From Acholeplasmataceae bacterium (lineage in GTDB: Bacteria; Bacillota_I; Bacilli_A; Acholeplasmatales; Acholeplasmataceae), in the NCBI GenBank assembly GCA_038117465.1, contig JAYOFY010000001.1, positions 9,384-58,011 of the forward strand: 48,628 bases of DNA, given 5' to 3'. Of this stretch, positions 14,617 through 23,005 are shown in pieces (within the stretch, counting starts at the first letter, position 1; every line of letters begins with the position of its first letter). The translations under genes were made by a program, and so were the position numbers. The notes beneath the pieces were generated by a model. That model was given only the letters and a program-made list of their open reading frames with translations, searched no databases and had not been told where the DNA came from.

Positions 14617-15465
14617 TTATTCAGTGACCAAATAGATGCCTAATGCGCCAAGTCCAACATGTGCCGACACGACAGGACTCACAAGTCCAACAATTTGAAT
14701 TTTAACATCTTTTCCGAGTTCAGATAATTTTTCTTTGAGCGATTGTGCACGCTCAATATCATTGACATAATTGATGTATACTTTAAGTTTTTTCTTAGTT
14801 GATTCAATTAAGTGTTTGGATTGTTCAAAAATATACTCTTTAACACCAATGAAACTACGTACGGTTTGATCTAAACCTAAATTACCATCTTTAAATTTTA
14901 ATACTGGTTTTTTCTTTAGTAAATTCCCGATAAATGCTTTAGTTTTTGTAATTCTACCACCTTTAATGAGATATTTAAGATCATCGACAGTAATAAAGAA
15001 GAAGCCTCTTGTTTTAATATCTTCACATAAAGCAACTAACTCATTCATTGTTGGTTCTTTTGCAAGTAAATCAAGTACGGATTCTACAAAATATAACCCG
15101 CCAGCACCTGTAGATTCTGTATCTACAATGGTGACTCGCTCTGGTTGATCTAGTGTATCTCTTGCAAGCGTTGCCGAATTGTATGTTCCACTTAAATTTT
15201 TTGCAAGTGTTAATACGAGAATTTCATCATATTTTTTAAGTTTTTCTTCATACGCTTTTACATAACTCTCAGGTGTAGGTTGACTTGTTTTAAAATCTTT
15301 ATCTTCTAAAAATGCTTGCTCAAGTTGTTTAATTGTGATCGTTCCATCTAAATGTGGTTGTCCATCAACAAAAACAGTTAGGGGAATGATAGAAATATCA
15401 TGTTTTTTTGCGAGTGCTTCATCTATGGTGAACGTTGAATCAACAATAAGTCCAATTTTTGACAT
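14617..15465 (-). CDS. DegV family fatty-acid-binding protein
   Basis: 282 aa with N-terminus KIGLIVDSTFTIDE. Overall DegV-like layout. Confidence 0.88.
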   Translation of the reverse strand: MSKIGLIVDSTFTIDEALAKKHDISIIPLTVFVDGQPHLDGTITIKQLEQAFLEDKDFKTSQPTPESYVKAYEEKLKKYDEILVLTLAKNLSGTYNSATLARDTLDQPERVTIVDTESTGAGGLYFVESVLDLLAKEPTMNELVALCEDIKTRGFFFITVDDLKYLIKGGRITKTKAFIGNLLKKKPVLKFKDGNLGLDQTVRSFIGVKEYIFEQSKHLIESTKKKLKVYINYVNDIERAQSLKEKLSELGKDVKIQIVGLVSPVVSAHVGLGALGIYLVTE

Positions 15466-15492
15466 GTACTACTCCTTTTTTTAGTTTCCTAT

Positions 15493-15501
15493 ATTATATC
15501 A
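15493..15501 (-). promoter_or_regulatory. Extended -10 promoter element TGATATAAT upstream of degV
   Basis: The minus strand reads TGATATAAT, then AGGAG RBS, then ATG 15465. It follows the nifU-like terminator. Confidence 0.55.
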
Positions 15502-15504
15502 AAT

Positions 15505-15531
15505 AAAAAAGGTCAAATACAATATTTGACC
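15505..15531 (-). terminator. Rho-independent terminator after the NifU-like gene
   Basis: The minus strand reads GGTCAAATA-TTG-TATTTGACC followed by TTTTTT. 9-bp stem starting 2 nt after the stop codon. Confidence 0.8.
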
Positions 15532-15532
15532 T

Positions 15533-15772
15533 TTATTCTTCCACCATCACAACACCAATAATCCCTGGTACATTTTCAAGCAACATGGTTTCAATACCTT
15601 GTTTTAGAGTAATATCAATGGCCATGCAACCGTCACAAGCACCGAGCATTTTAACATAAACAATGCCATCTTCAATTGAAATGATTTCGATATCTCCGCC
15701 ATCTCTTTGTAAGTATGGTCTCACTTTAGTAATGAGTGTATTCACTTGACTTTCCATTGATTGAATATCCAT
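15533..15772 (-). CDS. NifU C-terminal-domain-like Fe-S cluster protein (YutI-like)
   Basis: 79 aa with RPYLQRDGGDIEII and GACDGC motifs. Confidence 0.85.
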   Translation of the reverse strand: MDIQSMESQVNTLITKVRPYLQRDGGDIEIISIEDGIVYVKMLGACDGCMAIDITLKQGIETMLLENVPGIIGVVMVEE

Positions 15773-15775
15773 AAA

Positions 15776-16102
15776 TTACTCCTTTTCTTCATTATAAGAT
15801 GGATCTAATTCTTTTTCAAGTAATGCTTCTTCTTGGTGTTCTCCTCTTTTTAAAATGAAATATGCCGAATTCATATTACAACTTTCATTTAAATAATCAG
15901 GAATTTTTTTATAGCTATGAACCCCTTTATCCTCTTCTAAAAATCCTTTTAATCTTAAAATTGTTGCGGATACGTCCCCAACAATATACATGTATTTATC
16001 AAATAATTCATTGATATATTTTTCATTAAATTTTACGATGTCAAAGGCGTCTTTATGGTTTTTAATCAGTGTGAATACGCCGTGTTCTGTTTCAATAATC
16101 AT
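15776..16102 (-). CDS. YutD-like protein (DUF1027)
   Basis: 108 aa. The string KYMYIVGDVSATILRLKGF resembles the YutD family core. Confidence 0.6.
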   Translation of the reverse strand: MIIETEHGVFTLIKNHKDAFDIVKFNEKYINELFDKYMYIVGDVSATILRLKGFLEEDKGVHSYKKIPDYLNESCNMNSAYFILKRGEHQEEALLEKELDPSYNEEKE

Positions 16103-16581
16103 ATGTGTCTCCTACAATGATAATTTGATCAATCTTTTGATCGTGTAACATTTGGGGTAATGTTTTGATGACTTGAAAGTCAATGACAACAGATAATGTT
16201 TTGATTGTTTTATGATGTTCTATAAATCGATCGAAAAAGCCTTTTCCATAACCTAATCGATCACCCTCGAGAGTGACTGCCAACGCAGGTACAATCAATA
16301 AATCGAGTGTATCATCAACAATTTTATCTACTGCAGGTTCTTGAATGTTCAGGGCACTTTCAACAAGATCAGCTCCGAGTTGATACGGATGATAGTGCAT
16401 GAAATCGTCATGTACCACTGGTAAAGCAAAATGTTTTTTATCTTTAGTTAAACTTAATATGTTTAATTCATTTTTTATCGGATGATAGATACCGATATAA
16501 TTGGCTTGAATATAAAAGGGGTGTTTTTGTATTTTTTTGACAGCTTCTTTTGAATAAAACTCTAAGTTCAGTTTTCGTCAT
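16092..16581 (-). CDS. 5-formyltetrahydrofolate cyclo-ligase; frame interrupted at an A7 run (T7 on + strand, 16532-16538)
   Basis: The track ORF 16092-16418 (GTG start) carries ALAVTLEGDRLGYGKGFFDRF. Its frame stays open upstream to 16577 and reads ...IQKHPFYIQANYIGIYHPIKNELN. A different frame starts at ATG 16581 with MTKTELRVLFKRS, the family's K..LR.....R N-terminus. Removing one A from the A7 run joins them into a 162-aa protein. Confidence 0.7.
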
Positions 16582-18148
16582 ATAACCTTAAAGTGGAACG
16601 TTTCTGCATACCAACACGTAGTGTTAATAGTCTCTCTTCTAAAAGTTTTAATGTCTCGTGAATGTGTTTGACATAAGTACTTTCCATCATTACCGCGTTC
16701 ACTTCTAATTGATCCCTAATATTCCCGTATTGCATGGAGACATCCATAAAATGTGTGCCAGATGCTAACCCTTTTTCAAGCAGTTCAACACGTCTTGGAT
16801 CTGTTATTAGGATAATAAAACGACTCCCACTCATACGATAAATATCCCCAGATTCAGAAATAAATGTTTTTCTCATTTGTTTAATATATTCGCTTAAAAA
16901 CATATTTCCAACATCTCTACCATATTTTAAATTGAGTGCATTTAAATTATGAATCGACACATATAATATGTCAAAAAATTGTTGATTGTTTATTTTTTTG
17001 CTCAAATCGAGTTCTATTTCGTGATACGATTTTAATGCATCTAATGAGTCCATGTTAGATGCTTGAAAATGTTTGGTTTGAACAGCTTGAATAGTACCCA
17101 TGATGATTCCTTTTTCGTGGTGCTCGAACAAATATTTCCCTTTTTCAACAACCCAAACTGTTTGATTGTCTCTTAAAATACGATATTTAAATTCATATGT
17201 AGGCGCATCTACACTTAATCTTTGAATGATGTTGTCACGTTTTTCTTGGTCTTCTTTTACCATTCGATGCAAAAATGTTTCATACGATGTATTTTCTGAT
17301 GCAAATTGAAATAATTGACATGCTTGATCATTCATCCAAATTTCTTTTTTGTTTAAGTCTATTGAAAAAAGTCCTTCTTTCGTAAGTTCTAATACCGCGA
17401 TGAATTTATGTCGTATACTTTCAAGTTCTAAATTACTTTGTTCCAGTTCTTTTTCAACAGCAATGAGTTCCATATCGGTTTTTTTCTCACCTACTGCAAC
17501 AAGCCCTCGAAATTTTGCAAATACAAAGACTGGTTGAATCATAAACCGTATTAAAGATCTTTCTCCAAGAGCATTTAAAAATATAATTTCTAAAACATCT
17601 GTTTGATTAGGTTGAACGGTCTTTTTATATTTATTAAAAAATGTTTGGATGTCTTTTGCGGTTGCGTCTTCGTTGTTAAGCTGTTGAATTCGAATAGATT
17701 TTGCAAGTGTTTGATTTAATTTTTTACCAATAACATCCTCTTTATCTAGACCTAATTCTTGTAAAAATCCAACTGAAATATCTTTCACTTTCTCTTTTTG
17801 ATCTAAAACATAGTACATATTGAACTTCGACGTTTTCATTGCTTTAACAAAAATTGAATAATGATTTGATTTCAACGTAGATGCTCTGAATAAACTATAA
17901 ATAAAAGACATCAATAATATAAAAACGAGAATCGTATAGACTAAATAAAGTTGTTGCCACTCTGCTGATAACGTCTCTAATACAATTGTGTTATTGACAG
18001 TTAAATAGGTTAATGTTGCATTGCCAAACACAAAGACAAAAACAAAAATAAGTCTTACAACATATACTTTTTCTTGTTGAAGACTTTGAAGTATGACCAT
18101 AACAAGCATAAGGATTGAAAAAACAAGTAAAAAAATAGGATGTATCAT
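16568..18148 (-). CDS. Membrane sensor protein: 3 TM helices, two PAS-like segments, degenerate GGDEF domain
   Basis: 526 aa with GAGGG RBS. Has hydrophobic helices in residues 1-88 and PAS-like blocks (~105-225 and ~250-355). The C-terminal domain aligns to GGDEF, but the signature reads RMSGSRF (nt 16817-16831) and upstream Asp positions read VSIH. Confidence 0.72.
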   Translation of the reverse strand: MIHPIFLLVFSILMLVMVILQSLQQEKVYVVRLIFVFVFVFGNATLTYLTVNNTIVLETLSAEWQQLYLVYTILVFILLMSFIYSLFRASTLKSNHYSIFVKAMKTSKFNMYYVLDQKEKVKDISVGFLQELGLDKEDVIGKKLNQTLAKSIRIQQLNNEDATAKDIQTFFNKYKKTVQPNQTDVLEIIFLNALGERSLIRFMIQPVFVFAKFRGLVAVGEKKTDMELIAVEKELEQSNLELESIRHKFIAVLELTKEGLFSIDLNKKEIWMNDQACQLFQFASENTSYETFLHRMVKEDQEKRDNIIQRLSVDAPTYEFKYRILRDNQTVWVVEKGKYLFEHHEKGIIMGTIQAVQTKHFQASNMDSLDALKSYHEIELDLSKKINNQQFFDILYVSIHNLNALNLKYGRDVGNMFLSEYIKQMRKTFISESGDIYRMSGSRFIILITDPRRVELLEKGLASGTHFMDVSMQYGNIRDQLEVNAVMMESTYVKHIHETLKLLEERLLTLRVGMQKRSTLRLYDEN

Positions 18149-18160
18149 GTGTCCCTCATC

Positions 18161-18310
18161 TTATAATAAAACAACAACGAAAGCAATGATTAATGCCAAT
18201 ACAATCGTTAACCAATTGAATCTTTTAAATGTATTAAATAGAAATCCAGACACTCTGTTTCCGGCTAATACACGAAAAGGTAAAAATACAATCAATAATA
18301 TCGATTTCAT
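18161..18310 (-). CDS. Small membrane peptide (49 aa), not in ORF track
   Basis: Own translation: MKSILLIVFLPFRVLAGNRVSGFLFNTFKRFNWLTIVLALIIAFVVVLL, stop TAA 18161-18163. GTGAGG RBS is 5 nt upstream. It fills the gap between cdaA and the PAS/GGDEF-like gene. Confidence 0.45.
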   Translation of the reverse strand: MKSILLIVFLPFRVLAGNRVSGFLFNTFKRFNWLTIVLALIIAFVVVLL

Positions 18311-18317
18311 ATGTGCC

Positions 18318-19058
18318 TCACTTCATAAACGTGTTTAAGTATTCCATGAGTTTTTCTTTTTCGTTTAGTCTCACTAAAATACCTTCAATCGCAATCGAAA
18401 TATTTCCTGTTTCCTCAGAAACAACGACTGTTAAACTGTCTGTCACTTCACTTATCCCAAGTCCAGCACGGTGTCTTGATCCCATGGTAGATTCAACTTT
18501 TTCGTTTTCAGATAATACATAATAAGCCCCCGCACAAACAATCTCATCTCCACGAATGATCACTGCGCCATCGTGTAATGGTGTTAGCGGTGTAAATATA
18601 TTTACAAGCAATTCTTTACTTACTTTTGAATGAAGTAATACCGCACGTTCACTATACTGATCTAAGGTGTTATGTTTTTCAATTGTAATGAGTGCCCCTG
18701 TTTTTTGAGCAGATAAGTGCTGAACTGCATCATATATTTCTAATTTAGTAATGTCACTACCCATTTCAAAATCATCTTTTTTAGATTGTTTTTTCCAAGC
18801 TAAGTCAATCGCAAGTCTCATATCTGGAACAATCACGATAATATATACGAGTGGCAACCAATAAATAAGATAATCAAAAAGTGGCATTAATATTGGCAAT
18901 TGTAACCAATATACAAGTGCCGAAAGTGCATATATGAATGCAAAGACTGTGGATATCGCAACAAGCCTTTTACTTGAAGTGATGAATCTTAAAATAAATA
19001 AAGAAAAAATAAATATTAAATAAAATTCAATCACTAGGTTTAGTGTAATATTAGGCAT
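18318..19058 (-). CDS. cdaA: Diadenylate cyclase CdaA (DacA)
   Basis: 246 aa with three N-terminal TM helices and a DAC domain (HDGAVIIRG and GSRHRAGLGISE motifs). RBS AAGGAG. Confidence 0.9.
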   Translation of the reverse strand: MPNITLNLVIEFYLIFIFSLFILRFITSSKRLVAISTVFAFIYALSALVYWLQLPILMPLFDYLIYWLPLVYIIVIVPDMRLAIDLAWKKQSKKDDFEMGSDITKLEIYDAVQHLSAQKTGALITIEKHNTLDQYSERAVLLHSKVSKELLVNIFTPLTPLHDGAVIIRGDEIVCAGAYYVLSENEKVESTMGSRHRAGLGISEVTDSLTVVVSEETGNISIAIEGILVRLNEKEKLMEYLNTFMK

Positions 19059-19065
19059 ATAAACT

Positions 19066-19113
19066 CCTTAAAATAACACCTATATTATAGCATAATTGTG
19101 TGTTATTTTAAGG
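19066..19113. promoter_or_regulatory. Perfect 14-bp inverted repeat (ccttaaaataacac / gtgttattttaagg) flanking the cdaA -10 box; operator-like
   Basis: Arms lie at 19066-19079 and 19100-19113 with a 20-nt spacer that contains the -10 box. One arm overlaps the -35 region and the other overlaps +1 and the RBS. Confidence 0.6.
19084..19112 (-). promoter_or_regulatory. cdaA promoter: extended -10 TGCTATAAT with weak -35 CTTAAA
   Basis: Minus strand: CTTAAA (19107-19112), 17-nt spacer ending in TGC, TATAAT (19084-19089). AAGGAG RBS at 19064-19069. Confidence 0.55.
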
Positions 19114-19151
19114 TTTATCATGTTTATTTAGCAAATCTTTAAAATTTCAAT

Positions 19152-19157
19152 TATAAT
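19152..19157 (+). promoter_or_regulatory. -10 box TATAAT exactly 6 nt upstream of the hflX ATG (leaderless-type geometry)
   Basis: tataat-caactt-ATG(19164). No Shine-Dalgarno sequence lies between them. Confidence 0.5.
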
Positions 19158-19163
19158 CAACTT

Positions 19164-20423
19164 ATGATTCAAACTCAACAAAAAATAGATCATGCCATCC
19201 TCGTAGCATTTTCTACTCAACTGAATACCAATGATATGCAGCGCTCACTTGATGAGCTTGAACGGCTTGCTGAAACTGTCTACATAAAAACAGTACATAA
19301 ACTCTTACAACATGGAAAAGTTGCTTCAGCAAGGACACTTATCGGAGATGGAAAAGTTAAAGAAATCAAACATTTGATTCAAAAAGATGACATTGATGTG
19401 GTCATTTTTGATGATGAGCTTTCACCAGCACAACTAAGAAATTTAGAATCTGATTTAGATGTACAAGTATTTGATCGAAGCTTTTTAATTTTGTCTATAT
19501 TTGCAGAACGTGCACAAACAAAAGAAGCGGTACTAGAAGTCGCTTTGGCTCAAAAACGCTATATGATTTCTAGACTCATTGGGATGCGCGCATCTTTATC
19601 TAGACAAGGTGGTGGGTCTTATAACGCAAAAGGTCCTGGTGAAACAAAACTTGAACTCGATCGACGTAAAGTATTAGAAGATATTTCTATTATCAAAACA
19701 CAGTTAAAGAAAATAAAAACCGAAAAAGAAACTTCTAGAAAACAACGAAAATATACACAAACAAAGACCGTTGCGCTCGTTGGATATACCAATGCTGGAA
19801 AATCTTCTTTAATGAATGCCTTAGTGAAACAATACGGTTTAAAAGATCACGAAACCCTTGAAAAAGATATGCTTTTCTCTACGATTGAAACAAAATCTAA
19901 ACGTCTTCATTTTGATAATCAAAGAGATTTTTTACTAATAGATACTGTTGGATTTATTTCTAAACTCCCAACGGAACTCATCAATTCCTTTGAAACAACG
20001 CTTGAAGATGTTAAACAAGCAGATTTAATTCTACATTTAATTGATGGTACAGATATATCTCTTTCTCACATACAAACAACGCATGATATACTTAAAAAAA
20101 TTGGTGCAAACCATATTCCAGTACAATATGTCGTAACAAAATCAGATATGCTTACTGATTTTCCAATGATTGATATTGATTATGTCTTAATCTCTTCTCA
20201 TACATTAACAGGTATTACTCAACTCATGCATGTCATCTTTGAAAAACTGTATCAATCGTTTAAAAATGTCTCTATGTCCATTGGCTTTGATGATATGTCT
20301 GTCTATCATAAATTAAAATCACGTTATAAAATCATCTCTGAAAATTACCATGAGACCGGAATTGACATTAAAGTTTCAATTGATCCTAACCACTTAAAAC
20401 CTTATCAAAGATTTATAAAATAA
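19164..20423 (+). CDS. hflX: GTPase HflX
   Basis: 419 aa with GYTNAGKSSLMNAL (G1), DTVGF (G3), TKSD (G4) and an HflX-type N-domain. Confidence 0.93.
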   Translation: MIQTQQKIDHAILVAFSTQLNTNDMQRSLDELERLAETVYIKTVHKLLQHGKVASARTLIGDGKVKEIKHLIQKDDIDVVIFDDELSPAQLRNLESDLDVQVFDRSFLILSIFAERAQTKEAVLEVALAQKRYMISRLIGMRASLSRQGGGSYNAKGPGETKLELDRRKVLEDISIIKTQLKKIKTEKETSRKQRKYTQTKTVALVGYTNAGKSSLMNALVKQYGLKDHETLEKDMLFSTIETKSKRLHFDNQRDFLLIDTVGFISKLPTELINSFETTLEDVKQADLILHLIDGTDISLSHIQTTHDILKKIGANHIPVQYVVTKSDMLTDFPMIDIDYVLISSHTLTGITQLMHVIFEKLYQSFKNVSMSIGFDDMSVYHKLKSRYKIISENYHETGIDIKVSIDPNHLKPYQRFIK

Positions 20424-20449
20424 AAAGATTGTCTTTTGACAATCTTTTT
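20422..20449. terminator. Bidirectional terminator between convergent hflX and dusB
   Basis: aaaaagattgtc-tttt-gacaatcttttt: 12-bp perfect stem with A/T runs on both sides. Confidence 0.8.
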
Positions 20450-21412
20450 TTAAAATCTTCTTACTGCATCTTCAAATTCTTGTACTGTGGTTGCTCTTAC
20501 TAATTCTTTTCTTAAAGAGGTAGCATTTTCAATACCTTTTAAATACCATGGTCCATGACTACGCATTTCTAACACCCCTAATTTTTCACCTTTTAATTTC
20601 ACAAGATCATAAAGATGTTCAATCATAAGTGTTTTGATTTCATCAACAGTTGGTCTAATGACGGTTGGTTCGCCTTTCAAATAAGCATCAATTTCTCTAA
20701 AAATCCAAGGATTTCCAAGTGCTGCTCTACCAATCATAACAGCATCACACCCAGTGTATTCTAGCATTCTTTTTGCTGAGGGACCATCTACGATATCGCC
20801 ATTTCCAATGACTGGTATTGAAACTGCTTCTTTCACTGCTTTAATAACATCTAAATCCGCTTTTCCTGAATATCCCTGTGCACGTGTCCTTGCATGTACA
20901 GTAATTGCACTCGCGCCAGCACGCTCAATTTCTTTCGCAACTTCAACAGCATTCACAGAGTCATCATCCCAACCCGAACGTATTTTAACTGTGAGCGGTT
21001 TAGAAACACGTCTTGAAATTTCATAAACAATATCATAAATGCGTGTCGGATGTTTCATGAGTGCTGCACCCGCTTGTGCTTTGATTGCAACCTTTGGCAC
21101 AGGACATCCCATGTTAATATCAATAGCATCACAATTACTGTGTTTATCCACATAAATTGCTGCTTCTACCATGGTTTCTAAATCTGAACCGAAGATTTGT
21201 TGAATCATTGGTTTTTCATCATCTGTCATGAATAACATCTGGATCGTTTTTTCATTTTTATAAATGAGTCCTTTGTCTGAAATCATTTCTGCATAAACCA
21301 TACCTGCACCATGATTTCTGGCAAGCAATCTAAACGGGCTGTTTGAAACACCTGCCATAGGGGCAAGTACAAGTTGATTATTTACTTCGATATTGCCTAT
21401 TTTAAATCCCAT
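20450..21412 (-). CDS. dusB: tRNA-dihydrouridine synthase (DusB-like)
   Basis: 320 aa with LAPMAGVSNSPFRLL and INMGCPVPKV. Confidence 0.92.
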   Translation of the reverse strand: MGFKIGNIEVNNQLVLAPMAGVSNSPFRLLARNHGAGMVYAEMISDKGLIYKNEKTIQMLFMTDDEKPMIQQIFGSDLETMVEAAIYVDKHSNCDAIDINMGCPVPKVAIKAQAGAALMKHPTRIYDIVYEISRRVSKPLTVKIRSGWDDDSVNAVEVAKEIERAGASAITVHARTRAQGYSGKADLDVIKAVKEAVSIPVIGNGDIVDGPSAKRMLEYTGCDAVMIGRAALGNPWIFREIDAYLKGEPTVIRPTVDEIKTLMIEHLYDLVKLKGEKLGVLEMRSHGPWYLKGIENATSLRKELVRATTVQEFEDAVRRF

Positions 21413-21483
21413 ATTTTCACCGACTTGATTGTATCATACCATATGTTAACATTCAATTATGCTACAATACCATTGGTGATAAG

Positions 21484-22368
21484 ATGGAAGATTATGTATT
21501 AATTGGACACGCATACAATAAAACAGTAAGAATATACACTGCTGTTACAACAACGCTTGTTGAAACAGCACATACATTGCACGGTACATGGCCAACAGCA
21601 AGTGCTGCACTCGGTCGATTTTTAACTGCATCTGCGATGATGGGACTTATGTACAAAGATGGTGAGCGTATCACATTAAGAATTAAAGGTGATGGTCCTG
21701 TAGGCTCGATGACTGTTGAAGCCAACGGATTAGGTGATGTACGTGGTGACATTATGAATCCAGAAGTGTATATGACCTATCACGATGGTCCAAAAAAAGG
21801 GAAACTCGCCGTTGGAAAAGCTGTTGGTAAAGGTTTTTTATTTGTAACAAAAGATTTACTTATGAAAGATTATTATACTTCTTCTTCTGAACTTCAAACT
21901 GGAGAAATTGCAGATGACTTTACATATTACTTTACTGCTTCTGAACAAACAAACTCAAGTGTCGGACTTGGGGTACTTGTAAATCCAGATCAAAGCATTC
22001 AAACAAGTGGTGGCTTTATTTTACAACTAATGCCAGGTGTCACAGAAGAAACGATTGACCATATAGAGCAAGTCATTTCATCTTTACCCCCAGTTACAAC
22101 ACTTTATGAATCCGGAGACACGCCAGAAACTTTATTTGAGCGTTTATCAGTTGGTACGGGTGTGGTTTTGGATAAAAAATCTGTCCGTTATCATTGCACA
22201 TGTTCACATGATGGCTTCTTGAAATCATTACAATCACTTTCAATCGATGCACTCACACCACTTGCAGATGAAGATCATGGTGCACATATTACATGTCATT
22301 TTTGTAAAAAAGAATATCACATTTCTGAAGCATCTATAAGAGAAATCATTAAAATAAAAACATCCTAA
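21484..22368 (+). CDS. hslO: Redox-regulated chaperone Hsp33
   Basis: 294 aa with C-terminal Zn centre CTCS...CHFC. Confidence 0.92.
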   Translation: MEDYVLIGHAYNKTVRIYTAVTTTLVETAHTLHGTWPTASAALGRFLTASAMMGLMYKDGERITLRIKGDGPVGSMTVEANGLGDVRGDIMNPEVYMTYHDGPKKGKLAVGKAVGKGFLFVTKDLLMKDYYTSSSELQTGEIADDFTYYFTASEQTNSSVGLGVLVNPDQSIQTSGGFILQLMPGVTEETIDHIEQVISSLPPVTTLYESGDTPETLFERLSVGTGVVLDKKSVRYHCTCSHDGFLKSLQSLSIDALTPLADEDHGAHITCHFCKKEYHISEASIREIIKIKTS

Positions 22369-22387
22369 ATTAGGATGTTTTTATTTT
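22351..22387. terminator. 37-bp perfect palindrome spanning both stop codons of convergent hslO and maf
   Basis: aaaataaaaacatcctaa-a-ttaggatgtttttatttt: 18-bp arms around a single central base. Confidence 0.7.
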
Positions 22388-22939
22388 TGACAATACTTTT
22401 AATACTTCTTTAATGGGTAATCCCATAATCGTGAAAAAATCTCCATCATATGTATCAATTAGTTGATGACCTTCGCCTTGAATCGCATAAGATCCTGCCT
22501 TATCAAATGGCTCTTTTGTTTCTATATACCAATGGATATCTTCTTCTTTGAGTGCTTTGAACTTAACATTAGAAACCGTATAAAAACTTTCTTGGAAACC
22601 ATTTGATAAAACAGTGACCCCAGTTAAAACTTGGTGTGTATTTCCTGATAACATACGTAACATGCGTTTCGCATCATCTTCATCTTCTGGTTTTCCCAAA
22701 TAATGTTCTATTTTATCTTTAAAATATACGATAGTATCCGCGCCAATAACAACTGCATCTTGATGTTTGAGAAACACTTCTTTTGCTTTCTCCAAAGACA
22801 ATGTCATCACATACGCTTCTTTTGAGGTTGGTTGAATACGTGATTCATCAAATTGGCTAGGAATGGTTTCAAAATTGATACCAGCATCTTCAAGAATAGA
22901 CTTTCTTCTTGGAGATTGACTTGCTAAAATAATACGCAT
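22370..22939 (-). CDS. maf: Maf-like nucleoside triphosphate pyrophosphatase
   Basis: 189 aa with IILASQSPRRKSIL. RBS GGAGG. Confidence 0.9.
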   Translation of the reverse strand: MRIILASQSPRRKSILEDAGINFETIPSQFDESRIQPTSKEAYVMTLSLEKAKEVFLKHQDAVVIGADTIVYFKDKIEHYLGKPEDEDDAKRMLRMLSGNTHQVLTGVTVLSNGFQESFYTVSNVKFKALKEEDIHWYIETKEPFDKAGSYAIQGEGHQLIDTYDGDFFTIMGLPIKEVLKVLSKIKTS

Positions 22940-22957
22940 ATGATTGCCTCCTTTGGT

Positions 22958-22966
22958 ATTATATCA
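22958..22966 (-). promoter_or_regulatory. Extended -10 element TGATATAAT upstream of maf
   Basis: The minus strand reads TGATATAAT, then GGAGG RBS, then ATG 22939. Back-to-back with the tilS promoter. Confidence 0.5.
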
Positions 22967-22990
22967 TAGCACGAATTCATCACCATATCG

Positions 22991-22999
22991 TGTTATAAT
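22991..22999 (+). promoter_or_regulatory. Extended -10 element TGTTATAAT exactly 6 nt upstream of the tilS ATG (leaderless-type geometry)
   Basis: tgttataat-atacct-ATG(23006). No Shine-Dalgarno sequence. Confidence 0.55.
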
Positions 23000-23005
23000 A
23001 TACCT

